This document shows, piece after piece, positions 18,483 to 27,984 of a stretch of DNA of 64,000 nucleotides. Position 1 is the first letter of the stretch, and each line of letters begins with the position of its first letter. The position numbers and the translations under genes were made by a program. This stretch comes from Candidatus Eiseniibacteriota bacterium (GTDB lineage Bacteria > Eisenbacteria > RBG-16-71-46): assembly GCA_963776245.1 (NCBI GenBank), contig CAVZLN010000006.1, positions 32,001 through 96,000 of the forward strand, written 5' to 3'. The notes below the pieces were generated by a model. The model was not told the DNA's origin. It saw nothing but the letters and a program-made list of their open reading frames with translations, and did no database searches.

Positions 18483-19786
18483 GCACCCCCACGCCGCCCG
18501 CCACGCCCGCCGCTCCCGAGAGCGCCAAGGACCTGAGCCAGGTCCGGCAGAAGCGCATGATCGCGGATCTGTTCGACCGTCTCGCGCGCTCGAAGGCGGA
18601 CGGCAAGCCGGTGGTCTACACGTTCGTGCCCGGGAACCTCACCGAGATGATCGGCGCGCTCGACATGCTGCCGGTGCTGCCCGAGATCAACGCCCTGCAA
18701 TCCGGGATGCGCGGACGCTCGGGCGGCTACATCGCCGAGGCCGAGAAGGCCGGGCACTCCGAGGACGTCTGCACGTACGTCAAGTGCGACATCGGGATGC
18801 TGCGCAGCGGCAACATCGGCCCCACCGGCACCAAGCTCCCGGAGCCCGACCTGCTGCTGCTCTCCTATACCGGCTGCTTCACGTTCATGAAGTGGTTCGA
18901 GCTGCTGCGCGAGCAGTACAAGTGCCCGGTCGTGATGCTCCACGTGCCGTACCAGCCGGACGGGATCATCACGCCGGACATGCGCCGCTACGTGGTGGAG
19001 CAGCTGCGCGACAAGGTGGTGCCCGCGCTCGAGGCGGTCGCCGGCCGGAAGCTCGACCTCGACGAGCTGGCGCGCCGGCTGGCGCTATCCGCCCAGGCCG
19101 AAGACGATCTGGTGGCGGTGTGGGAGTCGGCGCGCCACCGCCCCTCGCCCATCGACGGCTACTTCGGCGGCGTGTACTACATCGGACCGATCTTCAGCGC
19201 CTTCCGGGGCACCGAGGACGCGGTCGCCTACTACCGCGAGCTGCGCGCAGAGGTCGAGGCGCGCATCGCCAGCGGCGAGGGCCCGACCACGCCCGACGGT
19301 CCGCTCGGCGAGGAGCGCTACCGCCTGGTCATCGAGGGCCCGCCGAACTGGACCAGCTTCAACGATTTCTGGCGCATGTTCTCGCGTGAGGGCGCGGTGG
19401 TGGTGGCGAGCACGTACACGCGCGTGGGCGGGCTCTACGACACCGGATTCCGCCACGACCCCCGGCATCCGCTCGAGAGCCTCGCCGACTACTGCCTCGG
19501 CTGCTACACCAACCTCGGGTTGTCGTCGCGCGTCGCGCTGCTCGAGCGCTACATCCGCGACTACCACGCCGACGGCTTCATCATCAACAGCGTGAAGTCG
19601 TGCAATTCGTTCAGCGCCGGCCAGCTGCTCATGCTGCGCGAGCTCGAGAAGCGCACCGGCGTGCCGGGCGGGTTCATCGAGTCCGACCTCGTGGATCCGC
19701 GCTACTTCGGCAAGGCCAACATCGAGAACCGGATCCAATCCTACCTGCAGATGATCGAGGCGCGCCGCCACGGAGGATTCGCATGA
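18479..19786 (+). CDS. bcrB: Benzoyl-CoA reductase subunit B
   Basis: TFVPGNL, LPEINALQS, GHSEDVCTYVK, YTGCFTFMKWFE, SVKSCNSFSAGQL, ESDLVDPRYF. Confidence 0.95.
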   Translation: MSTPTPPATPAAPESAKDLSQVRQKRMIADLFDRLARSKADGKPVVYTFVPGNLTEMIGALDMLPVLPEINALQSGMRGRSGGYIAEAEKAGHSEDVCTYVKCDIGMLRSGNIGPTGTKLPEPDLLLLSYTGCFTFMKWFELLREQYKCPVVMLHVPYQPDGIITPDMRRYVVEQLRDKVVPALEAVAGRKLDLDELARRLALSAQAEDDLVAVWESARHRPSPIDGYFGGVYYIGPIFSAFRGTEDAVAYYRELRAEVEARIASGEGPTTPDGPLGEERYRLVIEGPPNWTSFNDFWRMFSREGAVVVASTYTRVGGLYDTGFRHDPRHPLESLADYCLGCYTNLGLSSRVALLERYIRDYHADGFIINSVKSCNSFSAGQLLMLRELEKRTGVPGGFIESDLVDPRYFGKANIENRIQSYLQMIEARRHGGFA

Positions 19787-21225
19787 AGTGCGTCGTCGGC
19801 ATCGACCTCGGCTCGACCACCACCAAGGCCGTCCTCATGGACGAGCACGGCGCCATCCTCGGCCAGGGCATCACCAACAGCCGGAGCAACTACGAGGTGG
19901 CCTGCGCGGTGGCCCACGAGGAAGCGCTGCTCTCCGCGCGCCGCAGCCTGGTGGAGCGCGCCATCGCGGCCCTCGAAGGCCCGGGCGCGGACGAGTCGCG
20001 CACGCTCGGCCCGCGGCTGTTCGACGCGCTGCGGCTCGAGATGTACCTCGAGGAACTGGGGGAGCTCGCGGAAGCGGTGCTCCACCACCTCGCGCATCCG
20101 GGGGTGCGCGGGGCTCGCGAGACCCTCGAGCCCGCCGCGCGCGAGGTGCTGGGCGACATGGAGCGCACCGCGCCGGAGATGTTCCTGGGCGCGGCCCCGC
20201 GCAAGAGCGACTTCTTCCGCGACCTCGCCGGAGCCGCGTTCATGGCCGGCGCCGAGCGCATCTGCGCGAGCGGAGCGGTGCCGTTCGACCGGCTGGTGGG
20301 ATTGTTCGACCGCGCGATCCTCGACGTCGAGGTCCGCTTCCGCCGCCCGCAGTTCTCCGCGCTGGTGCGGCGCGCTCTCGAGCGCATCGCCCCCGCGCGC
20401 GAGGCCGGGCATGTCGCGGCGCGTCCGCGCATCGAGGAGGTGCTGCGCGACGCCGCCGACCTGCCGCTCGACGAGGTGGCGTTCGTGGGGACCGGCTACG
20501 GGCGCCAGACCCTGCCGTTCCCCAAGGAGGCGGTGCGCAGCGAGATCCTCTGCCATGGCCGTGGCGCCCACGACTCGTTCGCCGACACGCGCACCGTGCT
20601 CGACATCGGCGGGCAGGACACCAAGGCCATCCAGGTGAACGAGATCGGCGTCGTGACGTCGTTCCAGATGAACGACCGCTGCGCCGCCGGCTGCGGGCGC
20701 TACCTGGGCTACATCGCCGACGAGCTGAATCTCGGCCTCCACGAACTCGGCCCGCTCGCGCTCCAGGCGCGCAAGCTGGTGCGCGTGAACTCCACGTGCA
20801 CGGTGTTCGCGGGCGCCGAGCTGCGCGACCGGCTGGCGCTGGGACAGAACCGCGCGGACATCCTGGCGGGGCTCCATCGGGCGATGATGCTGCGCGCGAT
20901 GTCCCTGCTGGCGCGCTCCGGCGGGATCGACAACGCCTTCACGTTCACCGGTGGGGTGTGCAAGAACCCGATGGCGACGCGCATCCTGGCGGAGCTGGTG
21001 CACGAGCACTATGGCGCCGGCATCACGCTCCACACCCACGCCGATTCGATCTACATGGGCGCGCGCGGCGCCGCGCTGTTCGCGCTCGACGACCTGCGCG
21101 CCGGGCGCCCGGGGATCCTGCCCAACTTCGGCCGCGCCGCCGATCCGCCGGCCGAGGAGCCCCCCTGCGGGGGCGGCGAGCCCGCGACGGTCCAGTTCGG
21201 CCATGACGCGAAAGCACAGGGGTAA
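19783..21225 (+). CDS. bcrA: Benzoyl-CoA reductase subunit A (ATP-dependent activator)
   Basis: GIDLGSTTTKAV, GITNSRSNY, RKSDFFRDLAG, SEILCHG, DIGGQDTK, MNDRCAAGCGRY. Confidence 0.95.
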   Translation: MKCVVGIDLGSTTTKAVLMDEHGAILGQGITNSRSNYEVACAVAHEEALLSARRSLVERAIAALEGPGADESRTLGPRLFDALRLEMYLEELGELAEAVLHHLAHPGVRGARETLEPAAREVLGDMERTAPEMFLGAAPRKSDFFRDLAGAAFMAGAERICASGAVPFDRLVGLFDRAILDVEVRFRRPQFSALVRRALERIAPAREAGHVAARPRIEEVLRDAADLPLDEVAFVGTGYGRQTLPFPKEAVRSEILCHGRGAHDSFADTRTVLDIGGQDTKAIQVNEIGVVTSFQMNDRCAAGCGRYLGYIADELNLGLHELGPLALQARKLVRVNSTCTVFAGAELRDRLALGQNRADILAGLHRAMMLRAMSLLARSGGIDNAFTFTGGVCKNPMATRILAELVHEHYGAGITLHTHADSIYMGARGAALFALDDLRAGRPGILPNFGRAADPPAEEPPCGGGEPATVQFGHDAKAQG

Positions 21226-21229
21226 CCCG

Positions 21230-22156
21230 ATGCCCATCCAGCATCTACAGCCGCTCCTCACGGCCGGTGTCGACGTCGGTTCGAGCGCCATCAAGATCGC
21301 GCTGATGCAGAGCGGCGGGGACGGGCCGCCCGCCATGCTCGCCACCGCGACCGAGCGCATCCGCCGGCGCAACGTGTACGAGGTCACCCAGCGCGCCTTC
21401 ACCGCCACCTGCGAGGCCGCCGGGGTCGCGCCCGGCGCGTTCGACTACATCGCCTCGACCGGCGACGGCGACGCGGTCCCGTTCCGCACCGGACACTTCT
21501 ACAGCATGACCACCCACGCGGCCGGCGCCCTGCACCTGGTGCCGCGCGCGCGCGCCGCGCTCGACGTCGGCGCGCTGCACGCGCGCGCCATCCGCATGGA
21601 CGACCGCGGCAAGGTGCTCGCCCACCGCATGACCAGCCAGTGCGCGAGTGGCAGCGGCCAGTTCCTGGAGAACATCGCCCGCTACCTGGGTGTGGCGCTC
21701 GCGGACGTCGGCACGCTCTCGCTCGCGGCCCGCCGCAGCGAACCGGTGTCGAGCATCTGCGCGGTGCTCGCCGAGACCGACGTCATCAACATGGTGAGCC
21801 GCGGCATCTCCACGGCCGAGATCCTGCGCGGCATCCACCACAGCATCGCCGGCCGGCTGGTGCGGCTGGTGCGCTCGGTCGGCGCCACCGACGTGGTGCT
21901 CGTGACCGGCGGGCTGGCGCAGGACGGGGGGCTGCTCGAACGGCTGGAGACCCTCATCAACGAGGGCGACGAGGCCACCCGGGCCGCGCCGCTGCGCGTC
22001 GTGACGCACCCCGAGGCGATCCTCGCGGGCGCCGTCGGCGCGGCCCTGCTGGGCGCCTACCGGCACCGCCAGCTGGCGCAGAGCGGCCGGCTGGCCGCCG
22101 CGGGCACGGCGGTCGGCGTCACAGCGGGGGATCGTACGGAAATACGTCCGCGGTGA
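21230..22156 (+). CDS. bcrD: Benzoyl-CoA reductase subunit D
   Basis: AGVDVGSSAIK, GHFYSMTTHA, MTSQCASGSGQFLENI, SSICAVLAETDVINMVSRG. Confidence 0.95.
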   Translation: MPIQHLQPLLTAGVDVGSSAIKIALMQSGGDGPPAMLATATERIRRRNVYEVTQRAFTATCEAAGVAPGAFDYIASTGDGDAVPFRTGHFYSMTTHAAGALHLVPRARAALDVGALHARAIRMDDRGKVLAHRMTSQCASGSGQFLENIARYLGVALADVGTLSLAARRSEPVSSICAVLAETDVINMVSRGISTAEILRGIHHSIAGRLVRLVRSVGATDVVLVTGGLAQDGGLLERLETLINEGDEATRAAPLRVVTHPEAILAGAVGAALLGAYRHRQLAQSGRLAAAGTAVGVTAGDRTEIRPR

Positions 22157-23030
22157 CCTCGAGCGGCACGAACGCATCGCGCAGCGGGCCCTCGAGGGCC
22201 GCGGCGACGGACTCCGCGGTCCATCCCCCGGCCTGGTGGAGCTTGACCGTGGGACGGGGCAGCGAGAACAGCACCAGCTCGGCGCCCCGCACCGCGAACA
22301 CCTGCCCGCTCACGCCGCGCGCGGCGTCCGAGACCAGCACCACCGCGAGCGGGGCCACCTGGTCGGCGCGGAGGCGCTGGAGCCCCTCGACGCGCGCTCG
22401 CTCGGCGTCGGAGCTGGCGCCGCCCAGCGTGCCGGTGATGCGCGTCCACGCGAACGGGGCGATGGCGTTGGCGCGGACCCCGAAGCGCGCCAGGTCGAGC
22501 GCGATCGAGCGCGTGAGCCCGACGATGCCGAGCTTGGCGGCGGCATAGTTGGCCTGGCCGAGATTGCCGATGAGCCCCGACGTGGAGGTCATGTTGAGCA
22601 CCGCCCCCGCGCCCTGCGCGCGGAAGCGCTCCGCCGCGGCGCGCGACACGTTGAAGGTGCCCTTGAGGTGCACCGCGATGACCGCGTCCCAGTCGGCCTC
22701 GGTCATCTTGTGGAAGATGACGTCCCGCAGGATGCCGGCGTTGTTCACCACGAAGTCGACGCGGCCGAACTCCCGCACGCAACGCTCGACCATGGCGTGG
22801 GAGTCGTCCCACGACGCCACCGAGCCGTGGTCCGCGACCGCGCGGCCGCCCGCGGTCCCGATGGCGGCCACCACCTCGTCCGCGGGACGCTCGGTCGAGG
22901 GCGCTCCATCCACCGCCACCCCCGCGTCGTTCACCACCACCCCGGCGCCCGCCGCCGCCAGCGCCCGCGCGATCTCGCGCCCGATGCCGCGACCCGCGCC
23001 GGTGACCACCCCGGCCTTGCCCTGGAGCAT
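22119..23030 (-). CDS. SDR-family (3-hydroxyacyl-CoA) dehydrogenase
   Basis: VTGAGRGIG, NNAGILRD, GNLGQANYAAAK; 3' end overlaps the bcrD 3' end by 38 bp (convergent). Confidence 0.88.
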   Translation of the reverse strand: MLQGKAGVVTGAGRGIGREIARALAAAGAGVVVNDAGVAVDGAPSTERPADEVVAAIGTAGGRAVADHGSVASWDDSHAMVERCVREFGRVDFVVNNAGILRDVIFHKMTEADWDAVIAVHLKGTFNVSRAAAERFRAQGAGAVLNMTSTSGLIGNLGQANYAAAKLGIVGLTRSIALDLARFGVRANAIAPFAWTRITGTLGGASSDAERARVEGLQRLRADQVAPLAVVLVSDAARGVSGQVFAVRGAELVLFSLPRPTVKLHQAGGWTAESVAAALEGPLRDAFVPLEVTADVFPYDPPL

Positions 23031-23159
23031 CTTCGCCTTTCCCGGCGCCGCCGTGCGATTCTCGGCGGCGCGCGCCCGTTCGATGTCGTACAGTCCCCCG
23101 GCCGAACCTGGTCGCCGCTCGCCCGCGGACCGCATCGCGCGGTCCTGAGGAGGACACCC

Positions 23160-24464
23160 ATGCAGCCGAACCCGCCTGTCACGTCCCTGATCTACGACTG
23201 GAACACCGCCGGCAACGGCTATCCGCACCGCCCGCATCCGGTGGAGTTCGACGATGAGACGCTCCGCGACGGTCTCCAGTCGCCCTCGGTGCGGGACCCC
23301 GACATCGACACCAAGATCCGGCTGCTCCACCTCATGGACCAGCTCGGCATCCACACCGCCGACCTCGGCCTGCCGGGTGCCGGCCCGCGCGCGTGCGCGG
23401 ACATCCTGCTGCTGTGCCGGGAGATCGTGCGCGCGCGCCTGCGCATCACTCCCAACTGCGCGGTGCGGACGGTGCGCGCCGACATCGAACCGCTGATCGA
23501 GATCTCGCAGAAGGTGGGCATCGCGATCGAGACGTGCGCCTTCATCGGCTCGTCCCCGATCCGCCAGTACGCCGAGGACTGGTCGCTCGACACCATGCTG
23601 CGGCTGACCGACGAGGCGGTGTCGTTCGCGGTGCAGAACGGGCTGCCGGTGATGTACGTGACCGAGGACACCACCCGCTCCACCCCCGAGACCATCAAGC
23701 GCCTCTTCACCACCGCGATCGCCGCCGGCGCGAAGCGCGTGTGCGTGGCGGACACGGTGGGCCACATCACGCCCCGCGGCGTGCGCAATCTCATCCCCTA
23801 CGTGCGCCAGATCATCCGCGAGACCGGGGAGGATATCAAGATCGACTGGCATGGCCACAACGACCGCGGCCTCGGTGTCATCAATACCATCACCGCGATG
23901 ACCTCGGGCGTGGACCGCGTGCACGCGACCGCGCTCGGCATCGGCGAACGCGTGGGCAACTGCTCGATGGACCAGCTGCTCATCAACCTGCGGCTGATGG
24001 GCTATATCGACAACGATCTCTCGGCGCTGGCGGAGTACACCCGTGCCGCCAGCGAGGCCACCCAGGTGCCGATCCCGCCCAACTACCCGGTGTTCGGCCA
24101 CGACGCCTTCCGCACCGCCACCGGCGTGCATGCCGCGGCCATCATCAAGGCGAAGAAGAAGGGCGAGGACTGGCTCGCCGACCTCGTGTACTCGGGCGTG
24201 CCGGCCGGGATGGTGGGCCTGCACCAGCGGATCGAGGTCGGGTTCATGTCGGGCATGTCGAACGTCGTCTACTGGCTGCACGCGCACGGCTTCGAGGCCG
24301 AGGAGCGCCTGGTCGAGGCGATCTTCCGTGCCGCCAAGGAGCACAATCGCGTGCTCACCGACGACGAGCTCACCCAGATCTGCAAGTTCGAGAAGGCCGT
24401 CGAGCAGCGCCCGATGACGATCGAGACCCTGGGCGCCTGGAAGCACGAGATCGAGGAGCCCTAG
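23160..24464 (+). CDS. DRE-TIM metallolyase, short 2-isopropylmalate/homocitrate/Re-citrate synthase-like
   Basis: DETLRDGLQS, HGHNDRG, GIGERVGN; 434 aa with no LeuA regulatory domain. Confidence 0.85.
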   Translation: MQPNPPVTSLIYDWNTAGNGYPHRPHPVEFDDETLRDGLQSPSVRDPDIDTKIRLLHLMDQLGIHTADLGLPGAGPRACADILLLCREIVRARLRITPNCAVRTVRADIEPLIEISQKVGIAIETCAFIGSSPIRQYAEDWSLDTMLRLTDEAVSFAVQNGLPVMYVTEDTTRSTPETIKRLFTTAIAAGAKRVCVADTVGHITPRGVRNLIPYVRQIIRETGEDIKIDWHGHNDRGLGVINTITAMTSGVDRVHATALGIGERVGNCSMDQLLINLRLMGYIDNDLSALAEYTRAASEATQVPIPPNYPVFGHDAFRTATGVHAAAIIKAKKKGEDWLADLVYSGVPAGMVGLHQRIEVGFMSGMSNVVYWLHAHGFEAEERLVEAIFRAAKEHNRVLTDDELTQICKFEKAVEQRPMTIETLGAWKHEIEEP

Positions 24465-24477
24465 CGCCAGACGATTG

Positions 24478-24572
24478 CGACGGACGTCGGTGCGCGGGTG
24501 GGTCCGAAGGAGGCATCCCGGCGAAGCGGATTCATGCCTCCGCAGGACCCGCCCGCGCACCGACGTCCGTCG
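24478..24572. repeat. Long intergenic inverted repeat between convergent genes
   Basis: CGACGGACGTCGGTGCGCGGGTGGGTCC..GGAGGCAT pairs with ATGCCTCC..GGACCCGCCCGCGCACCGACGTCCGTCG: a 28-bp stem with one G-T pair plus an 8-bp stem; the loop contains GCGAAGC. Confidence 0.85.
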
Positions 24573-24608
24573 TCCGCATGGGCACTTGCTGCGCCGAGAG
24601 ACCCGCGA

Positions 24609-25787
24609 TCAGACGCGCTCGAGCAGCATCGCGAAGCCCATCCCTCCCGACACGCACAGCGTGGCCAGTCCGCGCCGCGCCTGGCGCCGGCGCATCTCGT
24701 GGAGCAGCGTCACCACGATGCGCGTCCCGGTGGCCCCGATCGGGTGCCCCAGGGCGATGGCCCCGCCGTTCACGTTGAGCCGTTCGCGGTCGAAGCGCAG
24801 TTCGCGGTCGCACGCCAGCACCTGCGAGGCGAACGCCTCATTGAGCTCCACCAGATCGATGTCGCCGAGCGCCACCCCGGTGCGCGCCTCCAGCCGGTGC
24901 ACCGCCGGCACCGGACCGATCCCCATGATCTCGGGCGCCACGCCCGCGGTCGCGAACCCCGCGAGGCGCGCCCACGGCGTGACCCCATGGCGCGCCGCGG
25001 CGTCCGCCGACATCACCAGCACCGCGGCCGCTCCATCCGTGATGCCCGAGGAATTGCCCGCGTGCACGCTCCCGCCCTTCTTGAACACCGCCGGCAGCTC
25101 GGCCAGCGCCGCGGCCGTCACCCCGTCGCGCGGATGCTCGTCGGCCTCGACCCGCGTGGTCCTGCGGCCGTCCGCCACCTCCACCGCGACGATCTCGTCG
25201 GCGAACCGGCCGGCGCGGCGCGCGCTCTCGCACCGCTGCTGGCTCGTCGCGGCGTAAGCGTCCTGCTCCGCGCGCGGGATCGCGTACTGTTCCGCCAGCG
25301 TCTCGGCGGTCTCGCCCATGATGCGGCCGCTCAGCGGGCAGAGGAACCCGTCCCGGTACATGCCGTCGGTGAGCTCGCCATGGCCGAGCCGGTAGCCCCA
25401 GCGCGCCCGTTCGAGCATGTAGGGCACGCGGCTCATGGACTCGGTGCCGCCCGCCAGCACCACGTCGGTCTCGCCATCGCGGATGATGCGGGCCGCCGAC
25501 AGGATGGCCTGGAGACCAGAGGCGCACGCCATGTTGATCGTGAAGGCCGGTGACTCGTCGGGCACTCCCGCGCGACGCCCGACCTGGCGCGCCGGGTTCG
25601 GGCCGCCCCCGGCCTGACGCGCGTTGCCGAACACCGTGTAGCCCACCGCGGCGGGCGCGAGCCCCGCGCGCTCCAGGCTCGCGCGCGCGGCACAGCCGCC
25701 GAGCTCGGCCGCGGTGAGCGACGCGAGCGCGCCGCCGAAGCGGCCGATCGGGGTCCGGACGGGGGATGCGAGGACGATCTCGGTCAT
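24609..25787 (-). CDS. Acetyl-CoA C-acyltransferase (thiolase)
   Basis: INMACASG (nucleophile Cys), ELNEAF, GHPIGATG, LCVSGG. Confidence 0.93.
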   Translation of the reverse strand: MTEIVLASPVRTPIGRFGGALASLTAAELGGCAARASLERAGLAPAAVGYTVFGNARQAGGGPNPARQVGRRAGVPDESPAFTINMACASGLQAILSAARIIRDGETDVVLAGGTESMSRVPYMLERARWGYRLGHGELTDGMYRDGFLCPLSGRIMGETAETLAEQYAIPRAEQDAYAATSQQRCESARRAGRFADEIVAVEVADGRRTTRVEADEHPRDGVTAAALAELPAVFKKGGSVHAGNSSGITDGAAAVLVMSADAAARHGVTPWARLAGFATAGVAPEIMGIGPVPAVHRLEARTGVALGDIDLVELNEAFASQVLACDRELRFDRERLNVNGGAIALGHPIGATGTRIVVTLLHEMRRRQARRGLATLCVSGGMGFAMLLERV

Positions 25788-25969
25788 CGAAAGGCTCCTG
25801 AAAGGGCGGACGGCGCGCGGGCGCGGGCTCGGACGGGGCGCACTATAGCATCGGCTCGCGCCGCGGGCGCTCGGGGCGGGCCCCTCGCTCACGCGCCGCG
25901 GGGCTGTCGTGCTAGCGTGGGCGGCCCCGCTCACCGACCCATCGCTTCCCCCCGGAGGACGCACCCGCC

Positions 25970-26503
25970 ATGGCCGACGAGAAGAAGGAACCCTGGCTCA
26001 ATTACCTCGCGCTCACCACCATCGTCCTCGCGGTGTGCGCCACGCTCTCGACGTTCAAGGGCAGCTCGTATTCCACCCGTTCGGTGATGAGCCAGACGCT
26101 CGCCGCCAACCAGTGGGCGTACTTCCAGGCCAAGAGCCTCAAGGGCTACCTCTACGAGATCCAGAAGCAGGAGTTCGAGATCGAGATCGCGACCAATCCG
26201 GACCGCTGGCCGGCGGCGACCGTGGCGCGCTACCGCTCGCTCGCGGACCGTTACGGGGCGGAGATCGCCCGCTACGACGAGGAGAAGCGGCAGATCCAGG
26301 CTGAGGCGAAGCGGCTCGAGGCGCGGCGGGACCATGCCCAGCGCCACTCGCAGGCGTTCGGGATCGCGGTCATCTTCCTGCAGATCGGCATCCTGCTCTC
26401 GTCGGTCGCCGCGCTGCTCAGGAGGAAACCGCTGTGGTGGTTCGGCATGGCATCCGGGGCGGCCGGCATGTATCACTTCGCCTACGGGTTCCTCGCCCCT
26501 TGA
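25970..26503 (+). CDS. DUF4337-family membrane protein
   Basis: ANQWAYFQAKSLK motif, coiled coil, and C-terminal TM segments (FLQIGILLSSVAAL). Confidence 0.75.
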   Translation: MADEKKEPWLNYLALTTIVLAVCATLSTFKGSSYSTRSVMSQTLAANQWAYFQAKSLKGYLYEIQKQEFEIEIATNPDRWPAATVARYRSLADRYGAEIARYDEEKRQIQAEAKRLEARRDHAQRHSQAFGIAVIFLQIGILLSSVAALLRRKPLWWFGMASGAAGMYHFAYGFLAP

Positions 26504-26542
26504 GCATCCCGGAAGCGACGTCACGGACCCGCATGTGAGAAC

Positions 26543-26956
26543 ATGGCGCCCATGCTCGAACGTCGGTTCCCCCGCTCCATCGATTCGCTCGAAGCGCTGT
26601 TCGCCTGGGTGCGTGAGTTCCTCGCCGCCGAGGGGCTCGACGAGTCACGCGCGTTCACGCTCGACCTGGTGGCCGAGGAGCTGTTCACCAACCGCGTGAA
26701 GCACGCGCGCGGCGGTCGCGACCTCGCGCTCACGCTCGCGCGCGCGGGGGACGTCGTGGAGCTCACAGTGCGCGACCCCGGCGGCACGCCGTTCGACCCC
26801 ATGCAGGCGCCCGCGGCCGGGCTCGACGGCCCGCTCGAAGAGCGCCGCGCCGGCGGGATGGGGCTCCATCTGGTGCGCGCGCTCGTGAGCGAGCTCCGCT
26901 ATCATCGCGACGGGGGCGACGACGTGCTCACCGCGCTCGTTCGACCGGAGGACTGA
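26543..26956 (+). CDS. RsbW-like ATP-binding anti-sigma/serine kinase (HATPase_c_2)
   Basis: EELFTNRVKH, VRDPGGTPFDP, RRAGGMGLHLV. Confidence 0.85.
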   Translation: MAPMLERRFPRSIDSLEALFAWVREFLAAEGLDESRAFTLDLVAEELFTNRVKHARGGRDLALTLARAGDVVELTVRDPGGTPFDPMQAPAAGLDGPLEERRAGGMGLHLVRALVSELRYHRDGGDDVLTALVRPED

Positions 26957-27240
26957 TGTTCGAGATCCGCACCACCCCTGATGGGACCGTCCATCTCCTG
27001 GGCCGCCTCGACGCGTCCCAGTCCGACGCCGCGATGGAAGCCCTCTCCCAGCTCGCCGGACCCGTGGTGCTCGACTGCGCCGGGCTCGACTACATCTCGA
27101 GCGCCGGCCTCGGCGCGCTGATCGAGACCTTCAAGCGCCTGCGGCTCAGGGGCCACACCCTCCGCCTGTCGAACGTCACCCCGCGGGTGAAGAGCGTGTT
27201 CAAGCTGGCGAATCTCGACACGCTGCTGGGCATCGAGTAG
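26956..27240 (+). CDS. STAS-domain anti-sigma-factor antagonist
   Basis: GRLDAS, VLDCAGLDYISSAGLGAL (phospho-Ser motif). Confidence 0.9.
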   Translation: MFEIRTTPDGTVHLLGRLDASQSDAAMEALSQLAGPVVLDCAGLDYISSAGLGALIETFKRLRLRGHTLRLSNVTPRVKSVFKLANLDTLLGIE

Positions 27241-27401
27241 CCCCCGCGGGCCGGCCCACCCCTCCGGGCCTGACGATTTTCCTGCCGGCCGGAAGATTTC
27301 CCTTCGGACGCAGCCCCCCCACCGGTATCCTGCGCCCCGCGGAGCAGCGCCCCCGTTCCTGCCTCCTGCCGCGTTCCGCTGGCCGACGACGGATCATCCC
27401 C

Positions 27402-27428
27402 CCAACCTTTCGGGCGGATCCCTGTCTT
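27402..27428 (+). promoter_or_regulatory. Putative ECF sigma promoter (autoregulatory)
   Basis: CCAACCTTTCG-N11-GTC (AAC-N17-GTC) immediately before the ECF gene; same -35 and spacing recur at 28772. Confidence 0.65.
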
Positions 27429-27429
27429 G

Positions 27430-27984
27430 ATGGATGAACGACGCGTGGAAGCCCTGGTGCGGAGGACCCTCGACGGGGACTCCCGGGCGTTCGGCGAGAT
27501 CGTCGCCGAGCACCAGAAGGTCCTGTTCAACGTCGCGTTGCGGATGACCAACGACCGCGAGGACGCCGCCGATCTGGTGCAGACGGCGTTCCTCAGGGCC
27601 TACCGCAGCCTCGGCACCTGGGACCCGCGTCACCGGTTCTTCTCGTGGATCTACCGCATCCTCCTCAATGCCACGCTGGATCATCTGAGCCGCCGGCGCC
27701 CGCACGAGGAACTGGACGAGCGCCTCCCGTCGGGGGGGGCATCGCCCGAGGACCGGATCCACGAGCGCGAGATCGGGGAGATCGTGCAGGGGGCGCTGAT
27801 GACGCTCGCGGTGGAGAAGCGGCAGGTGATCATCCTGCGCCACTTCCTGCAGCTGTCGCACCGAGACATGAGTGAGGCACTCGGTGTACCGGAGAAGACG
27901 GTCAAATCGCGCCTGCACGAAGCTCGGCGGGCGCTGGGCGCGATTCTCGAGCGGCGGGGGTACCACCATGACCATCCACGATGA
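27430..27984 (+). CDS. ECF-family RNA polymerase sigma factor
   Basis: Region 2 DAADLVQTAFLRAY..FFSWIYRI; region 4 LSHRDMSEALGVPEKTVKSRLHEAR. Confidence 0.93.
   Translation: MDERRVEALVRRTLDGDSRAFGEIVAEHQKVLFNVALRMTNDREDAADLVQTAFLRAYRSLGTWDPRHRFFSWIYRILLNATLDHLSRRRPHEELDERLPSGGASPEDRIHEREIGEIVQGALMTLAVEKRQVIILRHFLQLSHRDMSEALGVPEKTVKSRLHEARRALGAILERRGYHHDHPR

Noticed and set aside
17277..22156. 2-hydroxyacyl-CoA dehydratase (HgdABC) instead of benzoyl-CoA reductase
   Set aside because: Four-subunit layout with Bcr-specific motifs, and adjacent had/oah/dch, support BCR.
22119..24560. 813-aa minus-strand ORF read as a large SDR fusion
   Set aside because: Only the last 303 aa (from ATG 23030) are SDR; the rest is the antisense of the LeuA-like gene.
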